Below, piece after piece: positions 28,489 through 37,584 of a stretch of 64,000 nt of DNA; positions within the stretch are counted from its first letter, which is position 1, and every line of letters begins with the position of its first letter. The translations under genes were made by a program, and so were the position numbers. This DNA is from an uncultured Trueperaceae bacterium (GTDB lineage: Bacteria; Deinococcota; Deinococci; Deinococcales; Trueperaceae). Location of the stretch: contig CAWCXJ010000001.1 of NCBI GenBank assembly GCA_963799485.1, positions 128,001 to 192,000 of the forward strand, in the 5' to 3' direction. The notes beneath the pieces are model-generated. The model was not told where the DNA came from. It saw nothing but the letters and a program-made list of their open reading frames with translations, and did no database searches.

Positions 28489-29994
28489 CTAACCGCGATA
28501 CTCGCCCCACTCGAGCCTCAACACCCCACAAACTTCGCCGAGCGTCGCCCCCGCACGAAACGCCGCCAGCACAGAAGGAAAAAGGTTTTCCGAGTCCCGT
28601 AAAACCGCCTTCAGACCCGCCAAAGCCTCGTCGGTCGCCCTTTGGTCACGGTTTTTACGGTAGCTCTGGACTTCACGAACCCGCGCCCCTTCGGTTTCTG
28701 CCGATAGCTCCTGCACCGGCACGCCCTCTTCTTTCTCCAGCCGAAACCGGTTGACCCCGACGACGATGCGCTCGTCTCGTTCAATCTCGCGCTGAAACCT
28801 GAACGCCGCCTCTTCGATCTCTTCCTGGATAAACCCGGCTTCAATCGCCTTGACCGAACCGCCCAAATCCTCCACTTGCTGCATCAGGGTGAGGGCGTCC
28901 TGCTCCAACTTGTCCGTCAAGGCTTCAATGACGTAGCTCCCGCCCAACGGGTCGGGTTCACTCGTCACACCCGACTCATACGCCAAAATCTGCTGCGTCC
29001 GGAGCGCTACCCGCGCCGAACGGTCGGTCGGCAGCCCCAGCGCCTCGTCCATCCCATTTGTATGCAAAGACTGCGTACCGCCCAGCACTGCTGCTAATGC
29101 CTGATACGCCGTCCGGACGATGTTGTTTTCCGGTTGCTGCGCGGTCAAGGTGCTGCCGCCCGTCTGCGTGTGAAAACGTAGCTGCTGCGCCCGGATGTTG
29201 CCGCCGAACTCGCCCTGCATAATGTGCGCCCACAGCCGCCGCGCCGCCCGGAACTTGGCGACCTCTTCTAAAATATTGTTGTGGCAGGCAAAAAAGAACG
29301 ACAAACGGGGGGCGAAAGCGTTGACCTCGAGCCCCGTCGCCAGCGCCGCCCGCACATACGCCCGCGCATTTGAAAGCGTAAACGCAAGCTCCTGCGCCGC
29401 CGTCGCGCCTGCCTCACGGATGTGATACCCCGAAATCGAAATCGTGTTCCAGTTCGGGACGTGTTCGGCGCAGTAGGCGAACATATCGGTAATCAGCCGC
29501 ACCGAAGGCTCCGGCGGATAGATATAGGTGCCTCTTGCGATGTACTCCTTCAAGATGTCGTTTTGCACGGTGCCGCCGAGTTGGTCGCTGCTCACGCCCT
29601 GTTCTTCGGCGACCAGGATGTAAAGCGACAAGAGCATCATCGCGGGCGCGTTGATAGTCATTGAAGTGGTAACTTCTCCGAGCGGAATGTCTTTGAAAAG
29701 CCGCCGCATATCGTCCAGCGTGGCAATCGATACGCCGACCCTGCCGACTTCGCCCTTGGCGAGGGGGTCGTCCGGGTCTAAGCCGAGCTGGGTGGGCAGG
29801 TCAAACGCGACCGATAAACCGGTGGTGCCCTGCCCCAAGAGATAACGGTAACGGGTGTTCGATTCCTCCGCGGTGCCGAAACCGGCGTACTGACGCATCG
29901 TCCATAAGCGGCCCGCTGAGTACATCTGCGGATAGATGCCGCGCGTGTAGGGGTACATACCGGGGCGCTCGAGCTTATCTTTTTCGGCTGTCAT
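28489..29994 (-). CDS. Methylmalonyl-CoA mutase, substrate-binding subunit (no B12-binding domain)
   Basis: YPYTRG, RQYAGF (Tyr), [12 protein letters not shown] (Arg), SGYHIREAG. The Tyr/Arg pair indicates MCM rather than isobutyryl-CoA mutase. TATAAT lies 6 nt upstream. Confidence 0.92.
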   Translation of the reverse strand: MTAEKDKLERPGMYPYTRGIYPQMYSAGRLWTMRQYAGFGTAEESNTRYRYLLGQGTTGLSVAFDLPTQLGLDPDDPLAKGEVGRVGVSIATLDDMRRLFKDIPLGEVTTSMTINAPAMMLLSLYILVAEEQGVSSDQLGGTVQNDILKEYIARGTYIYPPEPSVRLITDMFAYCAEHVPNWNTISISGYHIREAGATAAQELAFTLSNARAYVRAALATGLEVNAFAPRLSFFFACHNNILEEVAKFRAARRLWAHIMQGEFGGNIRAQQLRFHTQTGGSTLTAQQPENNIVRTAYQALAAVLGGTQSLHTNGMDEALGLPTDRSARVALRTQQILAYESGVTSEPDPLGGSYVIEALTDKLEQDALTLMQQVEDLGGSVKAIEAGFIQEEIEEAAFRFQREIERDERIVVGVNRFRLEKEEGVPVQELSAETEGARVREVQSYRKNRDQRATDEALAGLKAVLRDSENLFPSVLAAFRAGATLGEVCGVLRLEWGEYRG

Positions 29995-30044
29995 ACGCTA
30001 ATTATAGGTGCCGCAGACCCCTCGAGATAAAGTACAACGGCAAT

Positions 30045-30461
30045 TCAGGAACCGGCGACAAGGTAAACAGCGACACCTGCCAAAGCGATACCCAGAACTT
30101 TACGCAGCGTGACCGGCTCACCCGAAAAAAAGCCCAAAACCGAACTCAGCACGATAAAAAGCCCGAAGATAGGCACGACGACGCTCACCGCGCCGAGCGA
30201 CAGGGCGCGGTAGTAACTTGCAATCCCGACCGCCAGAAATGCACCCGCTAGATAAGCGTTCCAGGCAGCCGGATGTGTAAACCCGCGCAGGCTGAGCGAA
30301 CCCGTAAAAATAGCAATCAGCAGCGAACCGAGAACAAGCATTACCGACGTGATAAGAAGTACTAAAAACTCCGGCATTCCGCCGCCGATAGCGCGGCTCA
30401 CAAAAGGTGCGACGAATGAATACGCAAACATGGCGACGAGCACCCAGAGAACAGCTGACAT
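30045..30461 (-). CDS. Single-domain EamA/DMT transporter
   Basis: About 5 TMs; YYRALSLGAVSVVVPI, GEPVTLRKVLGI. Confidence 0.85.
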   Translation of the reverse strand: MSAVLWVLVAMFAYSFVAPFVSRAIGGGMPEFLVLLITSVMLVLGSLLIAIFTGSLSLRGFTHPAAWNAYLAGAFLAVGIASYYRALSLGAVSVVVPIFGLFIVLSSVLGFFSGEPVTLRKVLGIALAGVAVYLVAGS

Positions 30462-30627
30462 ATCAGCCTCCTGTAGCTAAGCACAAGCCGAAGGTCCGGC
30501 TGTACGCCTAACTTTATCTTTTAGGGGGCGCGAGCGTAGCTTTCTGGCAATCACAGTTGACGACTTTATCAGGACTCGCGCATGTTCTTTCGTTGACTGT
30601 TAAAACCAATATGGTAGCCTGCCGCTC

Positions 30628-31824
30628 ATGTCGCCGCGTACTTTTTTAGCCCTCCTCGCCTTTTTGGCCTTTATCAGCCTGGGCCTGCCCGACGGCCTGT
30701 TGGGGGTCGCGTGGCCTTCGGTTCGGGGTAGCTTCGGCTTGCCACTCGACGCGCTCGGGCTCTTGTTAGCGTTTAGTACAGCAGGCTATTTGACCTCGAG
30801 CTTTCTCAGTGGGCGTATTTTACGGGTGTTGCCTATCGGCAGTGTTCTGGCACTTTCAACAGCGGCGGCGGCAACGGCTCTTTTGGGCTACGCGCTGACC
30901 CCCTTCTGGCCGCTGATGCTCGTTCTCGGCTTTTTAGGCGGGCTCGGCGGCGGCGCGGTCGATGCGGGGCTCAACGCTTACGGCGCGACACATTTTAACG
31001 CCCGCATCCTCAACTGGTTGCACGCCTTCTTCGGCCTCGGCACCACGGCGGGGCCGCTTATCGTCACAGCGGTCTTAAACGCCGGATTCGTCTGGCGCTG
31101 GAGCTACGCACTGGTCGGCAGCGCGCAGGCGCTTTTGGCTCTCACCTTTTTTCTGACGCGGGGGCGCTGGTCGCAGGTGACCGAGACCACCTCGGAAGAT
31201 GCACCGCCTGTAGCGGCGCGTACCCGCGACACGTTGGGCCGCCCGCTCGTCTGGCTCGGGATGCTGGTCTTTTTCGTCTATACCGGCGTCGAACTCGTGG
31301 CCGGGCAGTGGAGTTATTCGCTGCTCACTTTGGAGCGTGGCGTCGCAGCGGGTGCAGCGGGGGTCTGGGTGAGCCTTTACTGGGGTGGGCTGATGCTCGG
31401 GCGGGTGTTGTTCGGCATTATCGCCGACCGGGTACCGCTGACGCAGACGTTGCGCGTTTGTATGCTGGCGACCGCAGTCGGGGCAACGCTGTTTTGGCTC
31501 GAGCCCACCCGCTTTTTGTCCCTCGCAGGTCTCGTGATGATTGGGTTCTTTTTAGCACCTATCTTCGCCTCGCTCATCAGCCTGACTCCGAGCCGGGTCG
31601 GGCGCACCCACGCGGACAGCGCTATCGGTTTTCAGATTGCAGCGGCGGGACTCGGCGGGGCCACCCTGACGGGGCTTGTCGGGGTTGTCGCGCGTGCGCT
31701 CGGGCTCTGGGTTGTCGGCGCGTCGCTGCTCTTTTTTACGCTGCTGCTTTTGGGGCTTTACGAGGTGCTGCTGAGGGTCAAACCGAACGCTGTCCCGACA
31801 CCGACACCAACTCAGTCTTCGTAA
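30628..31824 (+). CDS. MFS transporter
   Basis: About 12 TMs; FISLGLPDGLLGVAWP, DAGLN, NWLHAFFGLG. Confidence 0.9.
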   Translation: MSPRTFLALLAFLAFISLGLPDGLLGVAWPSVRGSFGLPLDALGLLLAFSTAGYLTSSFLSGRILRVLPIGSVLALSTAAAATALLGYALTPFWPLMLVLGFLGGLGGGAVDAGLNAYGATHFNARILNWLHAFFGLGTTAGPLIVTAVLNAGFVWRWSYALVGSAQALLALTFFLTRGRWSQVTETTSEDAPPVAARTRDTLGRPLVWLGMLVFFVYTGVELVAGQWSYSLLTLERGVAAGAAGVWVSLYWGGLMLGRVLFGIIADRVPLTQTLRVCMLATAVGATLFWLEPTRFLSLAGLVMIGFFLAPIFASLISLTPSRVGRTHADSAIGFQIAAAGLGGATLTGLVGVVARALGLWVVGASLLFFTLLLLGLYEVLLRVKPNAVPTPTPTQSS

Positions 31825-31864
31825 ACGGCCTTGTTTAGCTCCCCGGGACGCTTACACTGAGTTT

Positions 31865-32713
31865 ATGTTGCCGCCGACCGTTGTCAGCTCTTCCGTCTCG
31901 AGTTCTGAAGTGCGCAAGCTGCCCTTTTCGGGACGTTTAGGAGAACGCGCCCTTTACGTCTATCTGCCCCCCGATTATCACGACCCGGACGCGCAAGGGG
32001 CGCACTACCCGGTACTCTATCTGCACGACGGACAAAACTGTTTTGAGACGTTCTCAGGAGACGCGTTCGGCGCGACCTGGCGGGCTGAACATGCCGCAGA
32101 CGCTATGGTTGCGGCGGGGCGAGCTCGGCCCTGTATCATCGTCGGGGTGAGTAACGGCGGAAAGAACAGGCTCGCGGAGTACCAACCCCCCTACAGCCGC
32201 GTCCCGGACGCACCGCGCCGTAAACTCCAGCGCACGCCGCGAGGACGGGCCGACGACCTCTACCGCGAATACCGTAAAATTTCAGGCTTTATCGCCGCGC
32301 ATTTTCGCGTGCTGCCGGGGCGCGAGCACACCGCCACCTGCGGCTCGTCGATGGGCGGACTTTTTTCGGCGTATCTGGCATTTGAACACCCTGACTTTGC
32401 CAAGCATCACGCCCTGATGTCGCCGTCGTTTTGGACGACCGAGCATAAGGGCAAGCTCGAGCTACTCCGCCGTCTGCGCCGTAAACCCGTCCGCGACGTG
32501 CGTATATGGCTCGATTCGGGCGAGGGTGAAGGTGACTCGGACGACAACAAAACCGTGACGCTGTTAGCCAGGGAAGCCCTCCTCGAAGCCGGCTACGAAG
32601 AAAGCCGCGAGTTCGTCTATCGCTTTTTTCCGGGCGCAGCGCACAGCGAAGCGTCGTGGGCGGCGCGGTTTCCCGAGGTGCTCAGCTACCTCTTTCCGGC
32701 AAAACCCGGATGA
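31865..32713 (+). CDS. Putative esterase (Fes/IroE-like alpha/beta hydrolase)
   Basis: VYLPPDY, YPVLYLHDGQN, GSSMGG, AAHSEASWAARF. Confidence 0.88.
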   Translation: MLPPTVVSSSVSSSEVRKLPFSGRLGERALYVYLPPDYHDPDAQGAHYPVLYLHDGQNCFETFSGDAFGATWRAEHAADAMVAAGRARPCIIVGVSNGGKNRLAEYQPPYSRVPDAPRRKLQRTPRGRADDLYREYRKISGFIAAHFRVLPGREHTATCGSSMGGLFSAYLAFEHPDFAKHHALMSPSFWTTEHKGKLELLRRLRRKPVRDVRIWLDSGEGEGDSDDNKTVTLLAREALLEAGYEESREFVYRFFPGAAHSEASWAARFPEVLSYLFPAKPG

Positions 32714-33439
32714 GGCGGCGTTACGAACGGCTTTACAGCCCCGCTGTCGGGCGAGACGTGCAGGTACTGGCGTTCGGGCACTACGGTGCGCCGCTGCTCG
32801 CGTTTCCGTCCGGGGTGGACAGCTTTACGACTTTGAAACAAACGGCATGATTGCGGCGGTTGCGTCCTTCGACGCTGGAAAGAAGGTTTATTGTCCGGAA
32901 AGTTTAGACCTCGAGTCCCTTCTCGCTTACAAAGACCCGCACGAGCGGGCGCTCCGGCACGGCGCTTACGAAGACTTCGTCGTCCACACGTTGCTAGGGG
33001 CGATTCGCGCCGATTGTGACGACGGCAGCCTCACCGCTGCGCTGACGGGCTGTTCGATTGGGGCGTTTCACGCCGCAAACTTCGCCCTTAAACACCCGCA
33101 CCTCTTCCCCTACGCACTCTGCTCAAGCGGGCGTTACGATTTGGAAACGATCACCGGCTCGAGCAGCTCGCGGGAGGTTTACTTCAACAATCCGGTCGCG
33201 TACGTGCCGAACTTTACGGGGGCACACTTGGGGTTCGTCCGGAGAAACGCACGTCTGATTCTGGTCGCCGGTCAAGGTGCGTGGAAGAGAAGTGTCTACG
33301 CGACACGCGCCGTTCGGCAGATTTGCTCGCCCAAAAAGGCATCTCGCATGAGCATGACATCTGGGGTGGGGACGCCGAACATCACTGGTACTGGTGGCAA
33401 AAACAGCTCGCGCATCACCTGGGGCGGTCACTGGGCTAG
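32710..33439 (+). pseudogene. Second esterase-family gene with two -1 frameshifts
   Basis: Adding one G near 32812-32815 and one near 33283-33284 gives a continuous protein: FGHYGAPLLAFPSGGG.YDFE.NGMI...GCSIGAFHA...YFNNP...GQGAWE...DIWG.DAEHHWYWWQKQ. Confidence 0.8.
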
Positions 33440-33512
33440 ACGCCACCGGGCAGGGCGCGGAATAATACCGGAATTACTAGTTTTACGGCTGCGGAAGAAT
33501 AGGCGGAGGCGT

Positions 33513-34766
33513 ATGAGCAAAATATCTGAAAACAACCTCGTCAAGAAGAAACTGGGCCTGCTCTTAGGCGACGAAGACGACTGGCCGAGCGCGTTGGAGG
33601 CGCTCGCCGGAAAGTTTCTCAGACCCATCAAAAAGGGCCGTAAAAGCTACGAGTTTGACCTCGAGCGTATCCGCATCCACCCCTTTGCCCTAAATGCACC
33701 GACCTCGTACAACCTGGTTATCGACCGCCTCGCCTGGTGGCACACGACCCCGCGCGAATGGCTGAAAAAAGCCGCGATGGTCAACGGCACCTACCTCTTA
33801 AACAACCCCTTTACCTTTCAGAGCATGGAAAAACACACCGCCTACTGCGTCATGCTCCGGTTGGGCCTGCGCATCCCTGAAACCTGGCTGATTCCGCCCA
33901 AGGAAGGCCCGGATACCGAGAAGTTTCGCCGCACCGCCGAGCGCTATCACGACTTATTCGACCTGCCGAAGATTGCCGAAGGGATCGGCTACCCGATGTT
34001 TATGAAACCCTTCGACGGCGGCGGCTGGCGCGGCGTTTCGGGCGTCAACGACGCGGGCGAACTGCAAAGGAGTTACGACGCGTCGGGCAACATGATTATG
34101 CACCTGCAAAAAGCCGTCGATTTCGAGGTGTTCGTCCGCTCGCTAGGCGTCGGGCCGCAGATTATCAGCCTGTCTTACGACCCCGCACAGCCCCTGCACG
34201 GGCGTTACAGCGTCCGGCACGACTTTTTAGACGCGGATACCGGACGCGAAGCGCGGGCGATTACCAAAATCATCAATGCCGTTTTTCGCTGGGAGTTCAA
34301 CTCGTGTGAGGCGCTCTTAAAGGACGGGACGCTCTGGCCCATCGACTTTGCCAACGCCTGCCCCGACATCGCCCTGACGAGCCTGCACTACTATTTTCCC
34401 TGGGCCATCAAGTCGCTTTTGGCCTGGAGCGTATTTTGCGGCGTCACGGAGCGGCAGCCGCGCGTGACGATGGATTTGGAGCACTATTTCAAGATTGCCG
34501 ATTCTGACCGGAGCTACGACGAGAAGCTTGCCGAATACGAACGGCTTGCCGACGCCTACTTCGACACCGAACGCTTCGAGGCGTTCCGGGCGGAAGAACT
34601 CGCCGGGCTCGACGAGGCGATGTGGGAACTTGTCGGCAGCGCGGAGTTTGACAGCATTTTACGGCGCACCGTCGAAACGACCTTTCCGGCCCACGAACAC
34701 GAACAGTTTACGGCGCACTATCAGGGGCTGATGCAGCACTGGCTCGAGGCTGAACGCCCACGTTGA
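33513..34766 (+). CDS. ATP-grasp (RimK-like) amidoligase
   Basis: SD GGAGG and ATG 33513; YLLNNPF, GYPMFMKPFDGGGWRGV, LQKAV, FNSCE, IDFANACPD. Confidence 0.85.
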   Translation: MSKISENNLVKKKLGLLLGDEDDWPSALEALAGKFLRPIKKGRKSYEFDLERIRIHPFALNAPTSYNLVIDRLAWWHTTPREWLKKAAMVNGTYLLNNPFTFQSMEKHTAYCVMLRLGLRIPETWLIPPKEGPDTEKFRRTAERYHDLFDLPKIAEGIGYPMFMKPFDGGGWRGVSGVNDAGELQRSYDASGNMIMHLQKAVDFEVFVRSLGVGPQIISLSYDPAQPLHGRYSVRHDFLDADTGREARAITKIINAVFRWEFNSCEALLKDGTLWPIDFANACPDIALTSLHYYFPWAIKSLLAWSVFCGVTERQPRVTMDLEHYFKIADSDRSYDEKLAEYERLADAYFDTERFEAFRAEELAGLDEAMWELVGSAEFDSILRRTVETTFPAHEHEQFTAHYQGLMQHWLEAERPR

Positions 34767-34859
34767 CCCCGGTACAGTGATACCTTGCCGTAGGGATGAA
34801 CCGTCCTATCGCGCAGCTTGAAAACTGCTTTATACTGCATGAGAGGGTTTCCGTCGGGG

Positions 34860-34887
34860 AAAAGCGAGGTCTACGGGCCTCGCTTTT
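34860..34887. terminator. Hairpin with A/T tails (possible bidirectional terminator)
   Basis: AAAAGCGAGG-TCTACGGG-CCTCGCTTTT. Confidence 0.65.
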
Positions 34888-34897
34888 GGCGTTTGCA

Positions 34898-34942
34898 AAA
34901 CCCTGACGTACGAAACCCTGACGTGCAAGACCTTGATGTACG
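34898..34942. repeat. 15-bp degenerate tandem repeat x3
   Basis: AAACCCTGACGTACG / AAACCCTGACGTGCA / AGACCTTGATGTACG. Confidence 0.8.
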
Positions 34943-35016
34943 AAAAAACGCTCGAGTAGGCTTGGGGCGTTTATGACCAGATACCGTCCTCTGCATATCG
35001 TCATAAACTGGAACGT

Positions 35017-36489
35017 ATGAAACTCTTTAGCGCCCAAGCGATGCGCGCCGCCGACAAAGCCGCCGCCGACGCGGGCATCCCGCTTTTACTACTGATGGAA
35101 GGGGCCGGTCGCGCTGTAGCCGAGGCCGCGCTGCGTCACTTTCAAGATCAAACCGTGCTCGTCCTCTGCGGCAAAGGCAACAACGGCGGCGACGGTTACG
35201 CCTCCGCCCGACACCTGTTAGGGCGTCGCCGGCTCGAGGTTTTGGAACTTTCGGACACGCTTCATGAGGGCGACGCAAAAACAATGCGAACCGCACTTCT
35301 GGCGCACGGCGTAACACCGCAACCCCTTACCAAGGCGACTTTAAGGGAAGCCTTGCACGTTCGTCCACTCGTCATCGACGCGCTGTTTGGCAGCGGTTTG
35401 TCAAGAGCTTTAGAAGGCGACTTGGCTGAACTGATCGAAGCGTTAAACGAGCGTCGCGCGGACATCCTGAGCATCGACGTCCCTTCAGGGCTTTCAGCGG
35501 ATACCGGCGAGGTTTTGGGGCCGCACCTTCAGGCGACGCGGACGGTGCAACTTGCCGGGGCAAAAGTCTCGAGCCTTTTTTACCCCGCCAAAACCGCGTT
35601 CGGCAAAACCGAAGTCGCCGACATCGGCGTCCCTGCGGCTATCCTGGAGGCGCAATCAAACGTCACCGTGCTGACCCCCGAGACCGTGCGCGCTTCGGTG
35701 CCGACACGTTCGGAAAATACTCAAAAGTATGCCGTCGGGACGGTTTTGGTGATTGCAGGCTCGGCGAAGTACCTGGGTGCGGCGGAGATGGCCTGCCGCG
35801 CGGCCTTGCGGGGCGGCGCCGGGCTCGTCACGCTGGCGGCTGAGGGAAGCTTTTCCGGAACCTGGCCCGAGCTGATTCACGAGCGTCTCGAGTGGAATAA
35901 GAAGCCGCTCGAGACGCTCGCCAACCTCGGTGACAACCGCGCCCGGGTTCGGGTCATCGGGCCGGGTCTGGACAGCCGCGCCGAACCGCTTTTGCCCGAC
36001 CTCATCGCGCAAAAAGGGGTACCTACAGTTTTAGACGCGGGCGCACTCACAGGCGGCGAAGGATGGTTTGAAGCTGTTCGCACCCACGGACGCTGCGTGC
36101 TGACGCCGCACACCGGCGAGGCAGCGAAACTTTTAGATACGTCTACGGCTGAAGTCAAAAAAGACCCGCTTTCAGCTGCGAAGACCCTCGCGCAACGTGC
36201 GGATGCAGTCGCCCTCGTCAAAGGTTCGACAACGGTGATCGCTGCCCCCGACGGACGTGTTTTGGTCAACAGCGGTGGGCATCCGGGGATGGCGACGGGC
36301 GGTACCGGCGACGTGCTGGCAGGGTTTTTGGGCGCGTGGTGTCAGGACGCCGAAAACTTGTTTGCACGAGCCGGGGCCGCCGTCTGGATTCACGCCCGCG
36401 CTGGACAACTCGCCGCAGAACGCTACGGCGACGGACTCATTGCCTCGGACGTAATTGACAACCTGCCCAAAGCGTGGCTCGAGCTGTGA
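35017..36489 (+). CDS. nnr: Bifunctional NAD(P)H-hydrate epimerase/dehydratase (YjeF)
   Basis: LMEGAG, GKGNNGGDG, IDVPSG, LTPHTGE, MATGGTGDVLAG. Confidence 0.93.
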   Translation: MKLFSAQAMRAADKAAADAGIPLLLLMEGAGRAVAEAALRHFQDQTVLVLCGKGNNGGDGYASARHLLGRRRLEVLELSDTLHEGDAKTMRTALLAHGVTPQPLTKATLREALHVRPLVIDALFGSGLSRALEGDLAELIEALNERRADILSIDVPSGLSADTGEVLGPHLQATRTVQLAGAKVSSLFYPAKTAFGKTEVADIGVPAAILEAQSNVTVLTPETVRASVPTRSENTQKYAVGTVLVIAGSAKYLGAAEMACRAALRGGAGLVTLAAEGSFSGTWPELIHERLEWNKKPLETLANLGDNRARVRVIGPGLDSRAEPLLPDLIAQKGVPTVLDAGALTGGEGWFEAVRTHGRCVLTPHTGEAAKLLDTSTAEVKKDPLSAAKTLAQRADAVALVKGSTTVIAAPDGRVLVNSGGHPGMATGGTGDVLAGFLGAWCQDAENLFARAGAAVWIHARAGQLAAERYGDGLIASDVIDNLPKAWLEL

Positions 36490-36494
36490 GCGCC

Positions 36495-36530
36495 GTAAAA
36501 AGAGCTGTAGAAATAGCTGTAAAAAGAACT
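36495..36530. repeat. 12-bp degenerate tandem repeat x3
   Basis: GTAAAAAGAGCT / GTAGAAATAGCT / GTAAAAAGAACT. Confidence 0.75.
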
Positions 36531-36541
36531 GTGCCGCGCCT

Positions 36542-37426
36542 GTGCCGCTAACGCGGGCAAGTGTGCGCGTTCCGGCGACCAGCGCCAACTTGGGGCCGGG
36601 TTTCGACTGTCTGGGACTCGCTGTGACCCAGTACTTGGAGGTCTCGGCGACACTTTTACAAAAAGATACGTTTAGTTACACGGGCGTGGGCCGGATTGCG
36701 GACACACCGGACAACCTCACACATCAGGGGTTCCGGGCGGCGTTCGAGGCCGTGGGCAAGGTTGCGCCGCAGGTCGGCATAAAGGCGCACAACACCATCC
36801 CGCTCGCCCGGGGTCTCGGTTCGTCGTCGGCGGCGCTCGTCGCGGGCGCGGCACTCGCCGACGCCTTTTTAGAGGGTGAACTAGGCCGAGACGGGGTGTT
36901 TCAGCTTACTGCAGGACTCGAGGGGCACCCCGACAACGCCGCTCCGGCGGTTTTCGGCGGTTTTACGGTGTCGGCCCGGACAGAAACCGGTTATCTCTGC
37001 CAGGCCCTGCCGCTCCCCGAACACTGGCACCTGCTCTTCGCCGTCCCCGCTACCGAACTCCTGACGCGTGAAGCGAGGGCCGTCTTGCCGCAAACTTATA
37101 GCCGCGCCGACGCCATCTTTAACATAAGCCGCTGCGCCCTCTGGACGACTGCCGTCGCACTCGATAAACCCGACCTTTTGCGTGTCGCCTCGCAGGACAA
37201 GCTGCACGAACCGTACCGTGAACCGCTGCTTCCGGGGTTGGCAAGTTGCCGGAAAGCACTTTTAGACGCGGGCGCGAGCGCGGCGTTTTTGTCCGGAGCC
37301 GGGCCGACGCTGGCGGCAATTTGCACAGCAGCTGTGCCTGAGGAGCTGCTCGAGGTTTTACGGGCGTTTGCGGGGGCGGGGGAGGTGCTCGAGCTGAGGC
37401 CTAGCGAGGGGTACCGGTTATCGTGA
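36542..37426 (+). CDS. thrB: Homoserine kinase
   Basis: VPATSANLGPGFD, PLARGLGSSSAA, EGHPDN, LSGAGP. Confidence 0.95.
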   Translation: MPLTRASVRVPATSANLGPGFDCLGLAVTQYLEVSATLLQKDTFSYTGVGRIADTPDNLTHQGFRAAFEAVGKVAPQVGIKAHNTIPLARGLGSSSAALVAGAALADAFLEGELGRDGVFQLTAGLEGHPDNAAPAVFGGFTVSARTETGYLCQALPLPEHWHLLFAVPATELLTREARAVLPQTYSRADAIFNISRCALWTTAVALDKPDLLRVASQDKLHEPYREPLLPGLASCRKALLDAGASAAFLSGAGPTLAAICTAAVPEELLEVLRAFAGAGEVLELRPSEGYRLS

Positions 37427-37584
37427 GCGCGGCATAACAGAAGCAGTTGTACGTTGCGCGACTGTAAAGTTGTGCGGCTGCAGCTTTTAGGCTCGAGCGG
37501 TTGTCAACCGCGCCTGTCACACGCTTGTTTTCCTTGTGCTGCTAAAGTTGACTTACAAAACCTTTGAGACAGGAGTCGTGCGCC

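Noticed and set aside
28489..29994. Mutase lacking a cobalamin-binding domain as a truncation
   Set aside because: Split methylmalonyl-CoA mutases with a separate small B12 subunit are well known.
32847..34766. 639-aa esterase-ATP-grasp fusion in the ORF track
   Set aside because: Produced by a frameshift; the ATP-grasp gene has its own SD and ATG at 33513, and the linker is out-of-frame sequence.
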